Below, in pieces: positions 1 to 9,457 of a stretch of DNA of 32,000 nucleotides (position 1 is its first letter; the number at the start of each line of letters is the position of its first letter). The notes beneath the pieces are model-generated. The model did not search any database and was not told the DNA's origin. It was given only the letters and a program-made list of their open reading frames with translations. This DNA comes from Sedimentisphaera cyanobacteriorum. Its GTDB lineage: Bacteria > Planctomycetota > Phycisphaerae > Sedimentisphaerales > Sedimentisphaeraceae. The translations under genes were made by a program, and so were the position numbers. The DNA lies in the NCBI RefSeq assembly GCF_001997385.1, contig NZ_CP019633.1, positions 1,530,001-1,562,000 on the forward strand, written 5' to 3'.

Positions 1-484
1 CGAAGTTGTAGTGGTTTTTGCCCTCGTTAAAGGTGTAATAGCCTGCTGCTTTGAATATCTCTGGAAGAGTTCGCACGCCGATATGATTGGGATGCCAAGT
101 TTCCATTTCACTGCCCCGCCAAGAGCTGAAAGAGCTGTAATGCTCGTGAGCAGCAATGGAAGTTTGATACATTCCTGTTATCAGTGCCGAACGTGTGGGC
201 GAGCAAACCGGAGCGGGCATATAAGCTCTGTTAAAGCGTACGCCTCTTTCTGCAAGCTTATCGATATTGGGCGTTTTGATGGTATTGTCGCCGTAGCAGC
301 TCATCCAAGGGTTGGTATCTTCGAGATAAACCCAAAGTATGTTGGGCTTGTTTTTGAGGTCTTTGGGTCTGAGAGAGTGGCTGTTGCCTGAGGCTGAAAA
401 TGCCTGTTTTGAAAGTGATGCAGAGGCGATCCCAAATGCTGCACTTTTAAGAAAATTTCTTCGACCAACTGATTTAAAATCCAT
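1..484 (-). CDS. Sulfatase (arylsulfatase family), N-terminal part; the 3' end runs off the window
   Basis: My own minus-strand translation from the ATG at 484..482 gives MDFKSVGRRNFLKSAAFGIASASL..., a Tat-type RRxFLK signal. It continues ...PNILWVYLEDTNPW...YMPAPVCSPTRSALITGMY, which carries the sulfatase C-x-P-x-R formylglycine motif. AAGGAG lies 7 nt upstream of the ATG. This ORF is absent from the supplied track because it is edge-truncated. Confidence 0.85.
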   Translation of the reverse strand, partial: MDFKSVGRRNFLKSAAFGIASASLSKQAFSASGNSHSLRPKDLKNKPNILWVYLEDTNPWMSCYGDNTIKTPNIDKLAERGVRFNRAYMPAPVCSPTRSALITGMYQTSIAAHEHYSSFSSWRGSEMETWHPNHIGVRTLPEIFKAAGYYTFNEGKNHYNF

Positions 485-715
485 TTTAGGCTCCTTAATA
501 TTTAACGAAACTTAAAGAATTCAGCTATAACACTTCAAAACGACCTCAACCGTCTAAAGAGATTGCAGCCATTTTACAAAGCACTCAACACAGCTGAAGC
601 AGTAAAGATTGAAGGCATAAAAAAACATAGGAGATTTTAAGCAGAATATCAAGCTTTAAATAACTACAGCGGCATAAATGTGCGATAAATCAATATGCGA
701 ACAGGGGACGTAATC

Positions 716-1834
716 TCATTTTGGTAGCTTTCCTTTGAGGTTCATAATACGCTCATAGCTCTGCCTGATTCTGGCTCGTTTAATCCTGCCATCCAACACC
801 AAGCCTTCTATCATCCCAAGGGCATTTTCCACAATATCGGGCTGCCATGACAGATTGTTTGCGAAAAGCAGGATATCAGCACCTGCGTTTATCGAAAGCT
901 CAATGCTCTTCTTGAGCGAATACTCATCTGCTACCGCCTTCATCTGCATATCATCAGTAATAACAACTCCATCCCAGCCGATACCGAGGCGAAGCATTGT
1001 GGTGAGAAAGTTTTTTGAAAGCGTTGCGGGGTATCGGGGATCGATGTTTTCATTTACCAGATGCGCGGTCATAACCATATCAGCCGCTCCAGACTGGATA
1101 ATACTGCGAAACGGGACAAGCTCCTCAGACTGCCAAGTATCTGTTATGTCGGTAAGGCCTTTATGGGAATCGTTGTATGCGCTGCCGTGCCCCGGAAAGT
1201 GTTTTATGCAGCTGAGCACATCAGCCTCCCTGAGCCCTTGTGCGAAGGCCCTGCCGTGAACGGAAGTTTTATGCGGGTTTGCCGAGAAGCTTCGTTCGAG
1301 CATTCCAATAGCGGGATTCTGCGGATTAATGTTCACATCAACACACGGGGCGAGATTCAGATTTATTCCCATTTCAGCAAGCGTTCGGCCAATTCTTCTG
1401 CCTGCTGCCATAGTTTTTTCCAGCTCGTCCAGATTCCCCCAATGCTGTGCTGAGTATGTTTTCGGGAAGCCGTATTTCTCCTTGAGCCTCGAAACCTGCC
1501 CCCCTTCCTGATCTACTGCCACGAGAAGAGGGGTTTTCGCGCGGGATTTAAGTGCAGCAACAAGCTTTTTCAGCTGTGAAGGGCTTTGGATATTGCGAAC
1601 AGGCTTACCAAGCGATACATCATAATCAAACAGTATCACGCCTCCGAGATTGCGTTTCTCGATATCTTCGAGTATCTCGGGGCATTGTTCTGGCGTGAGC
1701 CCGCGGAAACCAGCCATCAGCATCTGGCCGGCCATCTTACGCAGTCCGGTCTCTTCTTGGTCTTGAGCATACGAAAAAGGGGCTGTAAATACCGAAACTG
1801 CAAATATAAATGCTGCCGCAACTTTTTTTAGCAT
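716..1834 (-). CDS. Secreted glycoside hydrolase family 3, beta-N-acetylhexosaminidase (NagZ-like)
   Basis: The ORF contains the GH3 motif KHFPGHG and a GVVITDDMQMKA segment. I moved the start to the internal Met at 1834 (MLKKVAAAFIFAVSVFTAPFSYAQ, a signal peptide). That Met has GAGGA upstream, and a promoter-like TAGACA-16-TATAAT lies inside the longer ORF form. Confidence 0.8.
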   Translation of the reverse strand: MLKKVAAAFIFAVSVFTAPFSYAQDQEETGLRKMAGQMLMAGFRGLTPEQCPEILEDIEKRNLGGVILFDYDVSLGKPVRNIQSPSQLKKLVAALKSRAKTPLLVAVDQEGGQVSRLKEKYGFPKTYSAQHWGNLDELEKTMAAGRRIGRTLAEMGINLNLAPCVDVNINPQNPAIGMLERSFSANPHKTSVHGRAFAQGLREADVLSCIKHFPGHGSAYNDSHKGLTDITDTWQSEELVPFRSIIQSGAADMVMTAHLVNENIDPRYPATLSKNFLTTMLRLGIGWDGVVITDDMQMKAVADEYSLKKSIELSINAGADILLFANNLSWQPDIVENALGMIEGLVLDGRIKRARIRQSYERIMNLKGKLPK

Positions 1835-1879
1835 TATTTTCCTCAGCACAATTAAATAAACTGCTTTACCTTCAGTTTC

Positions 1880-1907
1880 ATTATAAGCAACCGTGCAAAG
1901 ATGTCTA
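1880..1907 (-). promoter_or_regulatory. Putative sigma70-type promoter of the GH3 gene
   Basis: The minus strand reads TAGACA (1907..1902), a 16 nt spacer, then a perfect TATAAT (1885..1880). The -10 element lies about 45 nt upstream of the ATG at 1834. Confidence 0.5.
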
Positions 1908-2065
1908 TAACGGATGCAATCGAAGCGAGAACTGATATATACTTGCTTCGAGGAATCGTTTAGATGCAAGTATTTTTAAAATCATAAGCCGCCGGCGAGT
2001 AAAGTGTCTATTGCCTAAATGAAATTTTGCAGGGAACAATTTCACTTACAAATCGCTTGTTTTAA

Positions 2066-2097
2066 ACAAAAAAAAGACCTGCAAATCAATGCAAGTC
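2066..2097 (-). terminator. Rho-independent terminator downstream of tRNA-Met
   Basis: The minus strand reads GACTTGCA-TTGATT-TGCAGGTC, an 8 bp stem with one G-U pair, followed by T8. Confidence 0.65.
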
Positions 2098-2113
2098 CTT
2101 TTATATCAGTAAG

Positions 2114-2188
<75 letters not shown>

Positions 2189-2206
2189 ATTAAAACTAGA
2201 ACTGTA

Positions 2207-2234
2207 ATGATACTATATAAGATTTTTTTGTCAA
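2207..2234 (-). promoter_or_regulatory. Putative promoter of the tRNA-Met gene
   Basis: The minus strand reads TTGACA (2234..2229), a 16 nt spacer, then TATCAT (2212..2207), about 18 nt before the tRNA 5' end. Confidence 0.4.
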
Positions 2235-2273
2235 ACAAAAAATAAGCAATTCCAAAACTTTTTTCTTAATCAT

Positions 2274-2687
2274 TTAAGAATCAATCAATACTTTGATTTT
2301 ATCGGCGGCCTGCTGAACCTTTTCAACGGGAAGCTGCTTTGCCGGCCACTCGGTGAACACCCCGTCGTTCTCGAAACGGGGTATTATATGGAAATGTATA
2401 TGCGGAACAACCTGCCCCGCAGCTGAAGCGTTATTGTTTAGGACATTGCAGCCGTCGCTGGCCGAAGCCTTCTGAACAGCCCTGCTGATTTTCGGCAAAG
2501 CCTCCCCTAAAGCGGAGGAAATCTCTGAGGGACAATCCCACAAAAACTCAATATGCTTTTTGGGTATAACGAGAGTATGGAACTCTGCGAGGGGATTGAT
2601 ATCCATAAATGCAAGCAGGTTCTGATCCTCATAAACCTTGCTGCAGGGTATCTCGCCCGCAATGATTTTGCAGAATACACAATCCAT
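2274..2687 (-). CDS. HIT-family (histidine triad) nucleotide hydrolase
   Basis: It carries the histidine triad HIHFHIIPR (HxHxHxx) and the typical N-terminus MDCVFCKIIAGEIP. It starts 9 nt after the rplQ stop. Confidence 0.85.
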   Translation of the reverse strand: MDCVFCKIIAGEIPCSKVYEDQNLLAFMDINPLAEFHTLVIPKKHIEFLWDCPSEISSALGEALPKISRAVQKASASDGCNVLNNNASAAGQVVPHIHFHIIPRFENDGVFTEWPAKQLPVEKVQQAADKIKVLIDS

Positions 2688-2696
2688 AATCGCAAA

Positions 2697-3275
2697 TCAG
2701 CTCTTGTCTTCTTTGCCTTCTTCTTCTCCCTTTTCGGGAGCATCTTCCGCCTGCTGGTCTTGAGCAAGCTCTTCAGCGGTAGGTGTTTCAGCTTCCACGG
2801 CCTGAGCCTGCTGCTGATTATGCTGTTTTTGAGATTTTACCGGAGCCGATTCCTTTTTCTCTTTGAATTCAAGCTCTTCTTCCACCAGCTGGAGGTAGCA
2901 GAGGCTTCCGCTGTCTCCAAGGCGTCTTTTAGCGAGCTTGATAATTCTGGTATAGCCGCCCGGGCGGTCTATGAATTTCGGACCAATATCACTGAACAGC
3001 CTTCCTACAACAGTTCCCACTCTCTGGTTTACGCCGTCTTTTTCTTCAAAGATATTCCTGTCGCCCAGAAGAGCTATCGCCCGCCTGCGTGAGGCTAGGT
3101 CGCCTTTCTTCGCAAGGGTAATAAGCTTTTCTGCAAACGGCTTAACTTCTTTGGCTTTTTCAAGAGTAGTGCATATTCTGCCGTGCTCAAAAAGGGAGCT
3201 GGCCATATTTCTACGCATCGCTGTACGGTGCTGGCATGTTCTGCCTAAATGACGTCCTGCTAAACGGTGACGCAT
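2697..3275 (-). CDS. rplQ: 50S ribosomal protein L17 with an acidic C-terminal extension of about 60 aa
   Basis: The N-terminus MRHRLAGRHLGRTCQHRTAMRRNMASSL matches L17, and the gene sits directly after rpoA. Confidence 0.92.
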   Translation of the reverse strand: MRHRLAGRHLGRTCQHRTAMRRNMASSLFEHGRICTTLEKAKEVKPFAEKLITLAKKGDLASRRRAIALLGDRNIFEEKDGVNQRVGTVVGRLFSDIGPKFIDRPGGYTRIIKLAKRRLGDSGSLCYLQLVEEELEFKEKKESAPVKSQKQHNQQQAQAVEAETPTAEELAQDQQAEDAPEKGEEEGKEDKS

Positions 3276-3341
3276 TGTTCTGTTCCCTTATATCTTTATA
3301 ACTTCATTATTATATCAAAACGCTAATAAGAGGCTTTGCTC

Positions 3342-4337
3342 TTATACATCCATTCCAAGCGAAAGTCCAAGCTCTTCAAGCTTACGCTTAATTTCTCTGA
3401 GCGAGGTTTTTCCGAAGCTGCGAACCTTGAGAAGGTCGCTTTCGTTATATCTTACCAAATCTCTGACAGACTGCAGTTTGATAGATTCAAGGCAATTGCC
3501 TGCACGAACAGACAGCTCAAGATCTCCGATCGGCATATCAAGCTTCCTGTTGAGCTCTTCATCCTCTCCTCTTTTCTCAGTGTCCTGAACTACGAGCTCG
3601 CCGTCAACGACCTCTTCTCCCGGAATACTGAAATGGGTGAACGGATTAATATGTTTGCGAAGTATCTTGGCGGCCTCAATAACCGCAAGCTGCGGGGTTA
3701 CCGTTCCATCCGTCCAAACTTCAAGGATGAGCTTATCATAGTTTGTACGCTGGCCAACCCTTGTATCTTCAGTGTTGTAACGTACACGAACTATCGGGGA
3801 AAAGAGGGCATCAACTTCGATATTTCCCACTTCCTGATCGAACCTGTCCATGTCGGCGATACGGTCTTTAACAGCCCAGTAGCCTCTGCCCTTTTGAACT
3901 GTCATCTCCATTTCGACCTCTTTATCTTCGGTAAGGCTGAAAATCACGTGGTCTTTATTAACTATTTCCACATAGGGGTCTGTTTCGATCATATCCGCTG
4001 TTACAGGGCCTTTTTTCTTTGCCGAGAGTTTGATTTTTCTCTCGCCGCTGCCCTGAAGCTTGAGTACAATCTTCTTTATGTTGATGATGATGTCAGTAAC
4101 ATCTTCAAGAACGCCCGGGATAGTTGTAAACTCATGGTCAACACCATTTATCTTTACACGAGTTACTGCTGCTCCCTCGATTGAGGAGAGCAGAACACGC
4201 CTCAGGCTGTTTCCGATTGTAGTACCGAAGCCTCTTTCAAACGGCTCTACGACAAACCTGCCATAATACTTATTCGATATTTCTTTGTCGATTTCGAACT
4301 TTGTAGGCAGTTCGATGCCTCTCCATGTAATACGCAT
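3342..4337 (-). CDS. rpoA: DNA-directed RNA polymerase subunit alpha
   Basis: 331 aa. The N-terminal domain has GRFVVEPFERGFGTTIGNSLRRVLLSSIEGAA, and the C-terminal domain has LELSVRAGNCLESIKLQSVRDLV. Confidence 0.95.
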   Translation of the reverse strand: MRITWRGIELPTKFEIDKEISNKYYGRFVVEPFERGFGTTIGNSLRRVLLSSIEGAAVTRVKINGVDHEFTTIPGVLEDVTDIIINIKKIVLKLQGSGERKIKLSAKKKGPVTADMIETDPYVEIVNKDHVIFSLTEDKEVEMEMTVQKGRGYWAVKDRIADMDRFDQEVGNIEVDALFSPIVRVRYNTEDTRVGQRTNYDKLILEVWTDGTVTPQLAVIEAAKILRKHINPFTHFSIPGEEVVDGELVVQDTEKRGEDEELNRKLDMPIGDLELSVRAGNCLESIKLQSVRDLVRYNESDLLKVRSFGKTSLREIKRKLEELGLSLGMDV

Positions 4338-4442
4338 ATTATTGCCTCTTCAAACAAGGTTCCCGCATAACCGATCGGCAAACCGGATTATGCAATCTGT
4401 TACTTGTAATCCATTTTTTATTAGATCGTTATCTTCAGCACC

Positions 4443-4823
4443 CTACACACGACGACGTTTAGGAGGACGGCATCCGTTGTGCGGTATAGGTGTTACGTCT
4501 TCAATAGAAGAAATTCTGATCCCTGAGCTCTGAATCGCAGTAATAGCTGATTCTCTTCCCTGTCCCGGTCCTTTAACCTGTATTTCAACGTCTCTAAGGC
4601 CGTGCCTTTTTGCTTCAGAGGCGGCCTTTTCAGCGGCCTTCTGAGCGGCAAACGGGGTGCTCTTTCTTGATCCCTTGAATCCCATCTGACCGGCAGAAGC
4701 TGCGCATAGAGATGCGCCTTCCATATCGGTTATAGTTATGACAGTATTGTTGAAAGTGGATTTAATATGCACCACGCCCTTGGGCACATTCTTTCTGGTT
4801 TTTCTTTTCGTAGCTTTAGCCAT
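4443..4823 (-). CDS. rpsK: 30S ribosomal protein S11
   Basis: [17 protein letters not shown]...[14 protein letters not shown] matches S11, and the operon position fits. Confidence 0.95.
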   Translation of the reverse strand: MAKATKRKTRKNVPKGVVHIKSTFNNTVITITDMEGASLCAASAGQMGFKGSRKSTPFAAQKAAEKAASEAKRHGLRDVEIQVKGPGQGRESAITAIQSSGIRISSIEDVTPIPHNGCRPPKRRRV

Positions 4824-4854
4824 TTAATATCATCCTGCTAAAAAATTCACAGAT

Positions 4855-5238
4855 TCAGCGTAATGCCTTAACACTCTTCTTGCCTGCAACTGTCTTCTTC
4901 TTGCCTTTACGCGTGCGGGAGTTGCACTGTGTCTGCTGTCCTCTGCAGGGCAAACCTCTCTTATGACGGAATCCCCTGTAACAGCCAATCTCTTTGAGCC
5001 TGTTAATATCCTGAACAACTTTCCTTCTGAGCTGTCCTTCAATCTCATACTCATCAGTGATAAGCTGAGAAACTTTGGTAAGCTCTTCATCAGTAAGCTG
5101 ATCGGCCTTACGTGTTGGCTCTATACCAACCTTTTCAAGGATCATTTTAGAATAATGTTTCCCAATTCCGTGTATATACAGAAGAGAGAAATAAATTTGT
5201 TTATTGTTTGGTACGTCTACACCGACTATACGAGGCAT
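4855..5238 (-). CDS. rpsM: 30S ribosomal protein S13
   Basis: MPRIVGVDVPNNKQIYFSLLYIHGIG...YRGFRHKRGLPCRGQ matches S13. Confidence 0.95.
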   Translation of the reverse strand: MPRIVGVDVPNNKQIYFSLLYIHGIGKHYSKMILEKVGIEPTRKADQLTDEELTKVSQLITDEYEIEGQLRRKVVQDINRLKEIGCYRGFRHKRGLPCRGQQTQCNSRTRKGKKKTVAGKKSVKALR

Positions 5239-5263
5239 AATTGCTCCTTACGTTATAAAAGGG

Positions 5264-5380
5264 TTAGCCCTGTCTCTGCTTATGACGCGGATTGGCAGAA
5301 CAGACTACTCTGATCACGCCCTTCCTCTTTATGATTTTGCAACTTTCACAGATACGCTTTACTGAACTTCTAACTTTCAT
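5264..5380 (-). CDS. rpmJ: 50S ribosomal protein L36
   Basis: My own translation gives [38 protein letters not shown] (38 aa), too short for the ORF track. It lies between infA and rpsM as expected. Confidence 0.9.
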   Translation of the reverse strand: MKVRSSVKRICESCKIIKRKGVIRVVCSANPRHKQRQG

Positions 5381-5422
5381 ATCAGCACCTGTCCGCTAAA
5401 TGGCCGCTAAATAAGCGGCGTT

Positions 5423-5638
5423 CTATTTTCTTAAAACAATACGACCTTTACTTAAGTCGTATGGACTCATTTCTACTACTACAGTGTCTCCGGGCAGAAT
5501 GCGAATAAAATGCATTCTCATTTTACCGGAAACGTGTGCTTCAATCTGATGTCCGTTTTCAAGTTCAACCTTGAACACAGCATTCGGCATCGCATCAAGC
5601 ACTTTTCCTTCGATTCTTATTCCGTCGTTTTTACCCAT
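5423..5638 (-). CDS. infA: Translation initiation factor IF-1
   Basis: 71 aa S1-like fold: [45 protein letters not shown]. Confidence 0.95.
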   Translation of the reverse strand: MGKNDGIRIEGKVLDAMPNAVFKVELENGHQIEAHVSGKMRMHFIRILPGDTVVVEMSPYDLSKGRIVLRK

Positions 5639-5652
5639 AGTAACCTTTTCAG

Positions 5653-6429
5653 CTATCCAGTTAATACTTCACAGCCGGAGGCTGTAACGGCTATAGTGTG
5701 CTCAAAATGAGCACTTGGTCTTCCATCTCTGGTAACCACTGTCCAGCCGTCTCTTAAAGTTTTAACCGCACCTCTTCCGGCATTTATCATCGGCTCAACA
5801 GCAATTACCATCCCTTCTCTAAGGGTGAAATCGTTGTTGAGCGTAAATCTGTCAACAAAATTCGGCACCTGGGGAGACTCGTGCATTTCTTTGCCAATAC
5901 CATGGCCTACGAGCTCTTTCACCACGGAAAATCCCTCAGACTTTGCCTTCGCCTGCATCTGAGCAGCTATCCCGCTCCATTTCTTCCCTGGAGCCATATT
6001 ATCAATAGCAATATCCAAGACTGCCTTAGTTACGTCCATCAGCCTGCGTTTCAGAGCGGAAATCTCACCGACGGGAATTGTAACGGCTGAATCGCCGCAG
6101 TATCCGTCAAGCTTTACGCCGAAATCAACGCTAACTATATCTCCCTCAGCAAGCTTTACCCTGCTGGAAGGGATCCCGTGAACTACCTGTTCATTCACCG
6201 ATGCACAAACTGCACCGGGAAACGGCTTTGGAGTATGCGGGGACTTCTGCCCTTTAAAGAGCGTTGCAGCCCCTGCCTGCTCGGCAACCTCAGTTGCTGC
6301 TTGGTCAAGCTCGGCTGTAGTAACGCCGGGCCTGCATATATTTCTTACACTTTCAAGAGCCTTGCGGACAATTCCGCCTGAGACTCGCATTTTTTCAATA
6401 TCACTTTCTGTTTTAATTGAAAAACCCAT
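5653..6429 (-). CDS. map: Type I methionine aminopeptidase
   Basis: 258 aa with metal-ligand context: [34 protein letters not shown]. Confidence 0.92.
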   Translation of the reverse strand: MGFSIKTESDIEKMRVSGGIVRKALESVRNICRPGVTTAELDQAATEVAEQAGAATLFKGQKSPHTPKPFPGAVCASVNEQVVHGIPSSRVKLAEGDIVSVDFGVKLDGYCGDSAVTIPVGEISALKRRLMDVTKAVLDIAIDNMAPGKKWSGIAAQMQAKAKSEGFSVVKELVGHGIGKEMHESPQVPNFVDRFTLNNDFTLREGMVIAVEPMINAGRGAVKTLRDGWTVVTRDGRPSAHFEHTIAVTASGCEVLTG

Positions 6430-6432
6430 TCA

Positions 6433-7077
6433 TTACACTTCTTTCAACCTTTTAACGATATCATCAGTTATCGCTTTTGGCTGCTGGGAACCATCTATTT
6501 CAATATATTCAGCAGTCGATTCTTTATAATGACTAATAATCGGCTCTGTCATTTTATGATAAGTTTCGAGTCTTTCAAGAACAACTTCCCTTTTATCGTC
6601 ATCTCGCTGGATAATTTTGCTCCCGCATTCATCGCATATACCATCCTTTTTCGGAGGCATAGTTTCAAGATGATAAACAGCCCCGCATTCAGGGCAAACT
6701 CTGCGTTTTGAAATCCTCTTCACAACAGTTTCATCATTAACAGCGAGCTCTATCACAGCATTAATCTTCGTATTTTCTTTATCAAGAGCTATATCGAGCT
6801 GCTCAGCCTGAGGCAGAGTTCTTGGGAATCCATCGAGTATGCAGTTGTAATCAGCATCCTTAACGGCTGAAATCATCATTCCAATCACCAGCTGATCAGG
6901 AACAAGCTCACCCTTATCTATGTGCTGCTTGGCTTTTTGCCCCAGCTCGGTTTTGCCTGCAATCTCACTTCTGAAGATGTCGCCGCTGGAGAGATGTTTC
7001 ATATCAAACTGTTCTACCAGTTTCTTGCACTGAGTCCCTTTGCCTGCTCCCGGAGGACCTACAAGTATGACTATCAT
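6433..7077 (-). CDS. adk: Adenylate kinase (Zn-binding lid type)
   Basis: P-loop GPPGAGKGTQ. The lid carries CPECG...CDECG. There is a 4 nt ATGA overlap with the secY stop. Confidence 0.95.
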   Translation of the reverse strand: MIVILVGPPGAGKGTQCKKLVEQFDMKHLSSGDIFRSEIAGKTELGQKAKQHIDKGELVPDQLVIGMMISAVKDADYNCILDGFPRTLPQAEQLDIALDKENTKINAVIELAVNDETVVKRISKRRVCPECGAVYHLETMPPKKDGICDECGSKIIQRDDDKREVVLERLETYHKMTEPIISHYKESTAEYIEIDGSQQPKAITDDIVKRLKEV

Positions 7078-8435
7078 CTTCTAGCTCCTTTAATTTTACC
7101 TGAATCAGAGAAGCCTTCATAATTGTGCATTACAAGCTGAGATTCAATCCTCTGAACAAGATCAAGCGAAACGCTTACCACAATCAGAAGACCAGTACCC
7201 CCAAGAAACGAGGCTACTACCCAGTCAACACCCATAAGTATTGTAACAAGCTGGGGTACTACAGCAATCACTGCAAGGAAAGCTGCCCCGTAAAAGGTTA
7301 TTCTTGTCATTACCTTCTCGAGATACTCAGCGGTTCTGTGTCCCGGGCGAAGTCCTGGAACGAAACTCCCCTGATCGCGAAGGCTTTTCGCTAAATCCTT
7401 CGGCTGGAACTGTACCGTTGTCCAGAAGTATGAGAAGGCGAAAATCATTACTATATAAACGAAGTTGTATGTCCATGCCTGCGGGGTAAATGCGCCAGCA
7501 AGATACATCATTACCGGACTTCCTCCCAGCGTTCCGATTTTTGCAATCTGATCGATAATAATTCCGGGGAACATCATCAAACTTGAGGCAAAGATAATCG
7601 GCATAACACCGCCGTGATTAACACGCAGCGGGAGGTAATGGCGTACCCCGCCAACCATCTTGCGTCCTCTCATCTGACGTGCCTGCTGGATGGGTATTCT
7701 TCTCTGAGCCTGAGTGATTAGGATAGCACCTGCAACCACAAACAAGAAAGCTGCAATGATAAACATAATCTTACCCGGGCCGTACTGCCCTTCAATAGCC
7801 CCAACTTTCAATGTGGAATTCTGTGCAACCTGAACCACAGTTCCCGGCATTCTCGAAAGGATACCAGCCATAATCAAAAGACTGATGCCGTTTCCAATGC
7901 CGTATTCATCTATCTGCTCACCCAGCCACATCAAAAAGAGCGTTCCGGCGGTCATACCTATGACCCCGAGAAGGGTTGTGGAAAATTCCATTCCGGGATA
8001 AATACCGCCCATCGACCTTAGCCATGTCATAATCATAAGCGCCTGAATGACGCACAAGGGCACAGTGAGATATCGGGTGTACTCCTGTATTTTTCGCTGC
8101 CCCTGCATACCTTCCTGTCTGAGCTTTTTGAGAGGTTCCCAAACTTCACCCAAGAGCATCAAAATAATCGATGCAGAGATATAAGGCATAATTCCAAGCC
8201 CGAATAGCGAACTCCGGCTCAGTGTACCGCCGGTGAACATCTGCATTGTCTCGGCCATTCTGCCCAGCGGTGATGAAGAATCCCTGCTGCTTGTCTGCTG
8301 CTGGATCACTTCATTATCTGTTCCGGGTACATGGATATGGAATCCTACCCTGTAAATGCATAGCAGCATTATTGTAAACAAAATCTTTTTGCGTAGGTCA
8401 GGTATCTTGAAAACGTTTACTAACTTGCTGAACAT
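7074..8435 (-). CDS. secY: Preprotein translocase subunit SecY
   Basis: 453 aa polytopic membrane protein at the canonical position between rplO and adk. Confidence 0.95.
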   Translation of the reverse strand: MFSKLVNVFKIPDLRKKILFTIMLLCIYRVGFHIHVPGTDNEVIQQQTSSRDSSSPLGRMAETMQMFTGGTLSRSSLFGLGIMPYISASIILMLLGEVWEPLKKLRQEGMQGQRKIQEYTRYLTVPLCVIQALMIMTWLRSMGGIYPGMEFSTTLLGVIGMTAGTLFLMWLGEQIDEYGIGNGISLLIMAGILSRMPGTVVQVAQNSTLKVGAIEGQYGPGKIMFIIAAFLFVVAGAILITQAQRRIPIQQARQMRGRKMVGGVRHYLPLRVNHGGVMPIIFASSLMMFPGIIIDQIAKIGTLGGSPVMMYLAGAFTPQAWTYNFVYIVMIFAFSYFWTTVQFQPKDLAKSLRDQGSFVPGLRPGHRTAEYLEKVMTRITFYGAAFLAVIAVVPQLVTILMGVDWVVASFLGGTGLLIVVSVSLDLVQRIESQLVMHNYEGFSDSGKIKGARR

Positions 8436-8457
8436 TACTCACACCTCATTTACAGCC

Positions 8458-8907
8458 TCAGGCCACGACACTTGCCGTACCGCCGCAGCTGGATATTTTT
8501 TCCTGTGCACTTTTGCTGAATTTATGCGCCTGTACTGTCAGTTTCTTAGTAAGATGTCCATCACCAAGAATCTTGACCCTGCTTGAAGAACTTCCAACAA
8601 GCCCATGCTCTGCGAGCTGTTCAACGCCCACTGTAGAGCCGTCGTCGAAATATTTTTCAAGCTGGACTACGTTCACAATTTCGTAGTTATTTGCAAAATG
8701 ATAATTGCTGAAACCAACTCTGGGCAGTCTGCGGAACACCGGAATGTTTCCGCCTGCAAACATAGCCTTGCGGGAGTGCCCAGATCTAGATTTCTGTCCT
8801 TTATGTCCTCGACCAGCAGTTTTTCCATTTCCACTGCCCCGACCTCTTCCTACACGGGAAGGAGCCTTATTTTTGCCGGTATTTTTCGTTATCTCGTGAC
8901 TCAACAT
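8458..8907 (-). CDS. rplO: 50S ribosomal protein L15
   Basis: RVGRGRGSGNGKTAGRGHKGQKSRSG matches L15. I chose the ATG at 8907 (MLSHEITK...), which is preceded by AAGGTGGTGA. The track's longer form starts at a GTG (8946) inside rpsE. Confidence 0.88.
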   Translation of the reverse strand: MLSHEITKNTGKNKAPSRVGRGRGSGNGKTAGRGHKGQKSRSGHSRKAMFAGGNIPVFRRLPRVGFSNYHFANNYEIVNVVQLEKYFDDGSTVGVEQLAEHGLVGSSSSRVKILGDGHLTKKLTVQAHKFSKSAQEKISSCGGTASVVA

Positions 8908-8926
8908 AGCGACTTTCACCACCTTT

Positions 8927-9433
8927 TCAGATTTCAAGTTCCACACCGCGAAGAGTTTTTACTTCTTCTCTGCTTTTGAGTTTGCACAACCCATCGAGAG
9001 TTGCTTTAACCACGTTCTTGGGAGACGTGCTCCCGTAAATCTTAGTTAGAACGTTGTGGACACCTGCAAGCTCAAGAACAGCACGGCTGCTCAAACCTGC
9101 AATAACTCCAGTACCCGAGCTGGCAGGAAGCAATCTAACTTCCGTTGCCCTGCATTTCCCGACAACCTCGTGGGTTATAGTACCTTCGTTCAAAGCCACT
9201 TTCACCGTATTCTTACGGGCTTCCTTAACGGCCTTTTCTACCGCATTCGGCACTTCATTTGCTTTGCAGTAGCCGATACCAACTGTGCCGTTTCTGTCTC
9301 CGACGACAACAAGAGCAGCGAAACTGAACTTGCGACCGCCTTTAACCACCTTTGCACAGCGGTATATTTTAACTACCTGATCTTCAAATGCCGAATCGCT
9401 TTGAGCTGTATAATTATCTGATGCTTTAGCCAA
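8927..9433 (-). CDS. rpsE: 30S ribosomal protein S5
   Basis: IYRCAKVVKGGRKFSFAALVVVGDRNGTVGIGYCKANEVP matches S5. Confidence 0.95.
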   Translation of the reverse strand: MAKASDNYTAQSDSAFEDQVVKIYRCAKVVKGGRKFSFAALVVVGDRNGTVGIGYCKANEVPNAVEKAVKEARKNTVKVALNEGTITHEVVGKCRATEVRLLPASSGTGVIAGLSSRAVLELAGVHNVLTKIYGSTSPKNVVKATLDGLCKLKSREEVKTLRGVELEI

Positions 9434-9457
9434 TTTATATCTCCGCTAACGTTAAAT

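Noticed and set aside
11-391. Plus-strand 126 aa ORF at the window start
   Set aside because: It lies antisense to a convincing sulfatase coding frame (Tat signal and CSPTR motif). It has no recognisable motifs or RBS, so I treat it as a shadow ORF.
1835-1969. The 45-codon N-terminal extension of the GH3 ORF (MHLNDSSKQ...)
   Set aside because: The extension contains a TAGACA-16-TATAAT promoter-like element. The internal Met at 1834 begins a clean signal peptide with a GAGGA RBS, so the long form is unlikely.
4365-4393. Hairpin (GCATAACCG...CGGATTATGC) in the rpsK-rpoA spacer as a terminator or a remnant of rpsD
   Set aside because: No U-tract follows it on the minus strand, and the 105 nt gap cannot encode S4. 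It may be a processing or attenuation structure, but I cannot support that from sequence alone.
8908-8946. Longer L15 form starting at 8946
   Set aside because: That start is a GTG inside the rpsE coding region. The ATG at 8907 has an AAGGTGGTGA RBS and yields a typical L15 N-terminus.
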